Shown here piece by piece: positions 33,504-35,813 of a DNA stretch of 35,813 bases. The notes below the pieces were generated by a model that was given only the letters and a program-made list of their open reading frames with translations, did no database searches and was not told where the DNA came from. Positions within the stretch are counted from its first letter, which is position 1; each line of letters begins with the position of its first letter. Origin of the DNA: an uncultured bacterium (GTDB lineage Bacteria > Bacteroidota > Bacteroidia > Bacteroidales > CAIWKO01); NCBI GenBank assembly GCA_903858655.1, contig CAIOJS010000489.1, positions 1 through 35,813 on the forward strand, in the 5' to 3' direction. The position numbers were made by a program, and so were the translations under genes.

Positions 33504-34712
33504 TTATAAAAATTTTCTGATAATCAATTCTTCCAACTTATTCAGTGCATCCGGTTTTTCGTTCCAATTGTGTTTTTCTTTTAAATCTTCGAAAAAGATG
33601 TTGGCTTCTTCAATCCCCACAAAACTGTTGAGCATATCAATGGTTTTATTATATTCCTGAAGATCTCCTTTAAAAAGTTCGTTGATAAATAAAAACTTAT
33701 CGTTGATACCTATTGCGTTTTTTAGGTTGGTAATAGTTGCTTTCCCCGCTTTGCTCGCCAAAGTGTTATCAGGTTTGTCATGCACCATTTTTTCGTGCAT
33801 CAACTTAGGGGCTTCTTTAAACTTATCTGCCACAATTTCTTTTTCAGTTAGTGAAAACAAATCAATCGCTTGTTGTTTTCCAGTTTTCACAGGAGTAGGA
33901 ACTTCCTTGGGTATCTCATTCACGACTTTCTGTTCAGGAACATCTACTTTTGTAATGATAAGTTCATTCACAGGAGTATCCACTTTTGTAATAATTGTGT
34001 CTAAAGGAAATTTCGGTTCTTCAACCACGACAGGAGGTTTTGTTTCCTCCTTAATTGGCTCCTCTGTTTCTTCTAAAAGTTCACTCACAGGAGTATCAAC
34101 TTTGGTAATAATAGTTTCTACTGGCAGTTTTGGCTCTTCAACAATTATAGGAGGTAGAGTTTCTTCCACAATGAGGTTCACGGTTTCTTCAATAAGTTCG
34201 CTTAAAGGAGCATCAACTTTGGTAATAAAGGTTTCTATCGGCAGTTTTGGTTCTTCAACAATCATGGGAGGAAAAGTTTCCTCAACAACAGGCTCCAAAG
34301 TTTCTTCTATAGGTAAAAAACTATCAACGGAAGTATCCGGCACTTCTTGTACCTCCAAAACAACATCGTCAGCTATTATTTCTGAAATTTTTTCTATTGG
34401 CTCTAAATCTATGGAAATAACAGTATTATCAGGATTTTCAATCCTAATTTCATCCTTGTTTTCTTGTGGTATTGAAAAATCTTGTTTCTCAATTTCAAAA
34501 TTTACTGCTATATTTGCATCAATACTATTTTTATGATAGCTGTTTAATTTGTTTAACTCATAAAAGAGTTCGTAAAAGTGTCGGATATTTGCCATAACGA
34601 TATCCAATTCAATTTGAGGAATTCTTTTTTCGTGTTCATCAATGATAGCAAACTGTTCATTTAGAACCTCTAAAATATTTTTTATTTCTTCTTTGATATT
34701 TTTTGTTTCCAT
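33504..34712 (-). CDS. Conserved Bacteroidota protein of unknown function with acidic Pro-rich tandem repeats
   Basis: 402 aa. Three ~39-aa repeats (EETxPPxxVEEPKLPxETxITKVDxPxSELxEE) are flanked by a helical N-terminus and a C-terminal GINDKFLFINELFKGDLQEYNKTI domain that I recall from uncharacterised Bacteroidota proteins. Stop lies 1 nt from the M28 start. Confidence 0.6.
   Translation of the reverse strand: METKNIKEEIKNILEVLNEQFAIIDEHEKRIPQIELDIVMANIRHFYELFYELNKLNSYHKNSIDANIAVNFEIEKQDFSIPQENKDEIRIENPDNTVISIDLEPIEKISEIIADDVVLEVQEVPDTSVDSFLPIEETLEPVVEETFPPMIVEEPKLPIETFITKVDAPLSELIEETVNLIVEETLPPIIVEEPKLPVETIITKVDTPVSELLEETEEPIKEETKPPVVVEEPKFPLDTIITKVDTPVNELIITKVDVPEQKVVNEIPKEVPTPVKTGKQQAIDLFSLTEKEIVADKFKEAPKLMHEKMVHDKPDNTLASKAGKATITNLKNAIGINDKFLFINELFKGDLQEYNKTIDMLNSFVGIEEANIFFEDLKEKHNWNEKPDALNKLEELIIRKFL
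33969..34320 (-). repeat. Three tandem 117-bp coding repeats inside gene 33504-34712
   Basis: CACAGGAGTATC at 33969, CACAGGAGTATC at 34086 and TAAAGGAGCATC at 34203 are each 117 nt apart. A partial extra ITKVD-coding copy lies near 33937. Confidence 0.8.
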
Positions 34713-34738
34713 AAACGTAAAAATAAAAATGTTAGTGA

Positions 34739-34746
34739 TATATTTG
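34739..34746 (+). promoter_or_regulatory. -7 promoter box TATATTTG for tdk
   Basis: Perfect TAnnTTTG 41 nt upstream of ATG 34788. Confidence 0.45.
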
Positions 34747-34787
34747 CAGTGAAATTGGGTATAAAATTATAAAAAGAATTACAATCA

Positions 34788-35369
34788 ATGACTATGTTTT
34801 TAGAAAAAAATACGGAAATACACAAAAAAGGCTGGATAGAAGTGATTTGCGGCTCTATGTTTTCAGGGAAAACTGAGGAATTATTGCGTAGAATTAAGCG
34901 TGCCAAGTATGCAAATCAACGTTTCGAGATATTTAAGCCTGAAATTGACATCCGTTACGATTTAGAAAAGGTGACTTCTCATGATGAAAATTCCGTACAG
35001 TCCACTCCCGTTCAGTCTTCCTCTCAAATTTTATTGCTTGCAGGCGATGTGGATATTGTTGCATTGGACGAAACTCAGTTTTTTGATTCTGAAATCGTAA
35101 CCGTCTGCAATACACTTGCTGAAAGAGGCATACGCGTCATAGTTGCTGGCTTGGATATGGACTATTTGGGCGTACCTTTTGGTCCCATGCCCGCGCTTAT
35201 AGCAACAGCCGAATATGTCACAAAGGTTCATGCCATTTGTATGAAATGCGGCAATTTAGCTTATGTCTCTCACCGCATTGTGAAAAACGATAAATTAATA
35301 TTGCTAGGCGAGACCGACAATTACGAACCTCTTTGCAGAAGCTGTTTCAATAAAGCACTAAAAGAATAA
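34788..35369 (+). CDS. tdk: Thymidine kinase
   Basis: P-loop [20 protein letters not shown], and the C-terminal zinc ribbon CMKCG...CRSC. Confidence 0.93.
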   Translation: MTMFLEKNTEIHKKGWIEVICGSMFSGKTEELLRRIKRAKYANQRFEIFKPEIDIRYDLEKVTSHDENSVQSTPVQSSSQILLLAGDVDIVALDETQFFDSEIVTVCNTLAERGIRVIVAGLDMDYLGVPFGPMPALIATAEYVTKVHAICMKCGNLAYVSHRIVKNDKLILLGETDNYEPLCRSCFNKALKE

Positions 35370-35370
35370 T

Positions 35371-35733
35371 TTATTGAACAAAAACAGTTTTAGATACTGT
35401 TTCGCCTGGTTTCAAACGAATTACACCTGTACCTCTCAAGGTATCATTAGGACCAATTGCTTTATACACCTGAATATCCAAAATGCCTTCGTATTTGAAC
35501 ACCTTTTGATATTGACCGGATGCATCAGATTTTCCTGCCACTCTGACGTCAGGATAATTAGGAGCAATAATTACATCAGCATACTGCAATATTTGCATCG
35601 TATCCAACAATTTTTTCACAGTGATAATCGCTGTACAATCGGTGTTGGCTTTTTTACATCCAAAAAAGACAATTCCTGAAATACTTACCGCAAGAACAAG
35701 GGTAATTAGACTTTTAAAAGAAATTTTTTTCAT
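35371..35733 (-). CDS. Small lipoprotein of unknown function (beta-sandwich-like)
   Basis: 120 aa with a signal peptide and lipobox (VFFGCKK). Convergent with tdk, with a 1-nt gap. Confidence 0.5.
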   Translation of the reverse strand: MKKISFKSLITLVLAVSISGIVFFGCKKANTDCTAIITVKKLLDTMQILQYADVIIAPNYPDVRVAGKSDASGQYQKVFKYEGILDIQVYKAIGPNDTLRGTGVIRLKPGETVSKTVFVQ

Positions 35734-35813
35734 AGTTACAATTTTTTTTTATAATTTTGCTTTCTAAAAATTTTTCTGCAAAATAAAGCATTTTAATTTA
35801 AAAACTTACGCAA

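Overview
This 35.8-kb chromosomal segment reads as Bacteroidota. The evidence is a type-A T9SS C-terminal sorting domain on a 1853-aa protein, TAnnTTTG -7 promoter boxes 12-40 nt ahead of many start codons, and ftsX-DUF3098-uppP-truB synteny. I support 31 protein genes:
- 1-5727: a PepSY-like gene cut by the window edge, plus a TolC/adaptor/RND efflux operon.
- 5866-7969: a YncE-like beta-propeller and an unknown gene.
- 8746-15250: an outer-membrane beta-barrel plus giant T9SS-cargo operon.
- 15801-18857: ftsX, DUF3098, uppP, truB and DUF2795.
- 19047-21167: a methyltransferase / ABC ATPase / PduO-type adenosyltransferase operon.
- 21755-27916: a catalytically dead trypsin-fold/TPR protein, an M23 peptidase, DUF4468, and add-rlmN-apt.
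- 27917-31205: an AT-rich accessory islet with two unknown genes and a HEPN-MNT pair.
- 31206-35733: usp, an M28 peptidase, an acidic repeat protein, tdk and a small lipoprotein.
I recognised no rRNA, tRNA, CRISPR, transposase, integrase or phage structural gene.
The most unusual content is non-genic. Four separate arrays of strictly in-register 20-21-bp direct repeats lie at 8063-8335, 19609-19692, 21328-21537 and 28321-28580. All sit 5' of genes. The two diverged 21-bp arrays show substitutions but no indels, and their conserved blocks are spaced about one helical turn apart. One array follows a perfect -7 promoter box. In addition, the HEPN-MNT cassette is bracketed by ~100-bp direct repeats. 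All family calls are by-eye motif recognition; no searches or computations were run.
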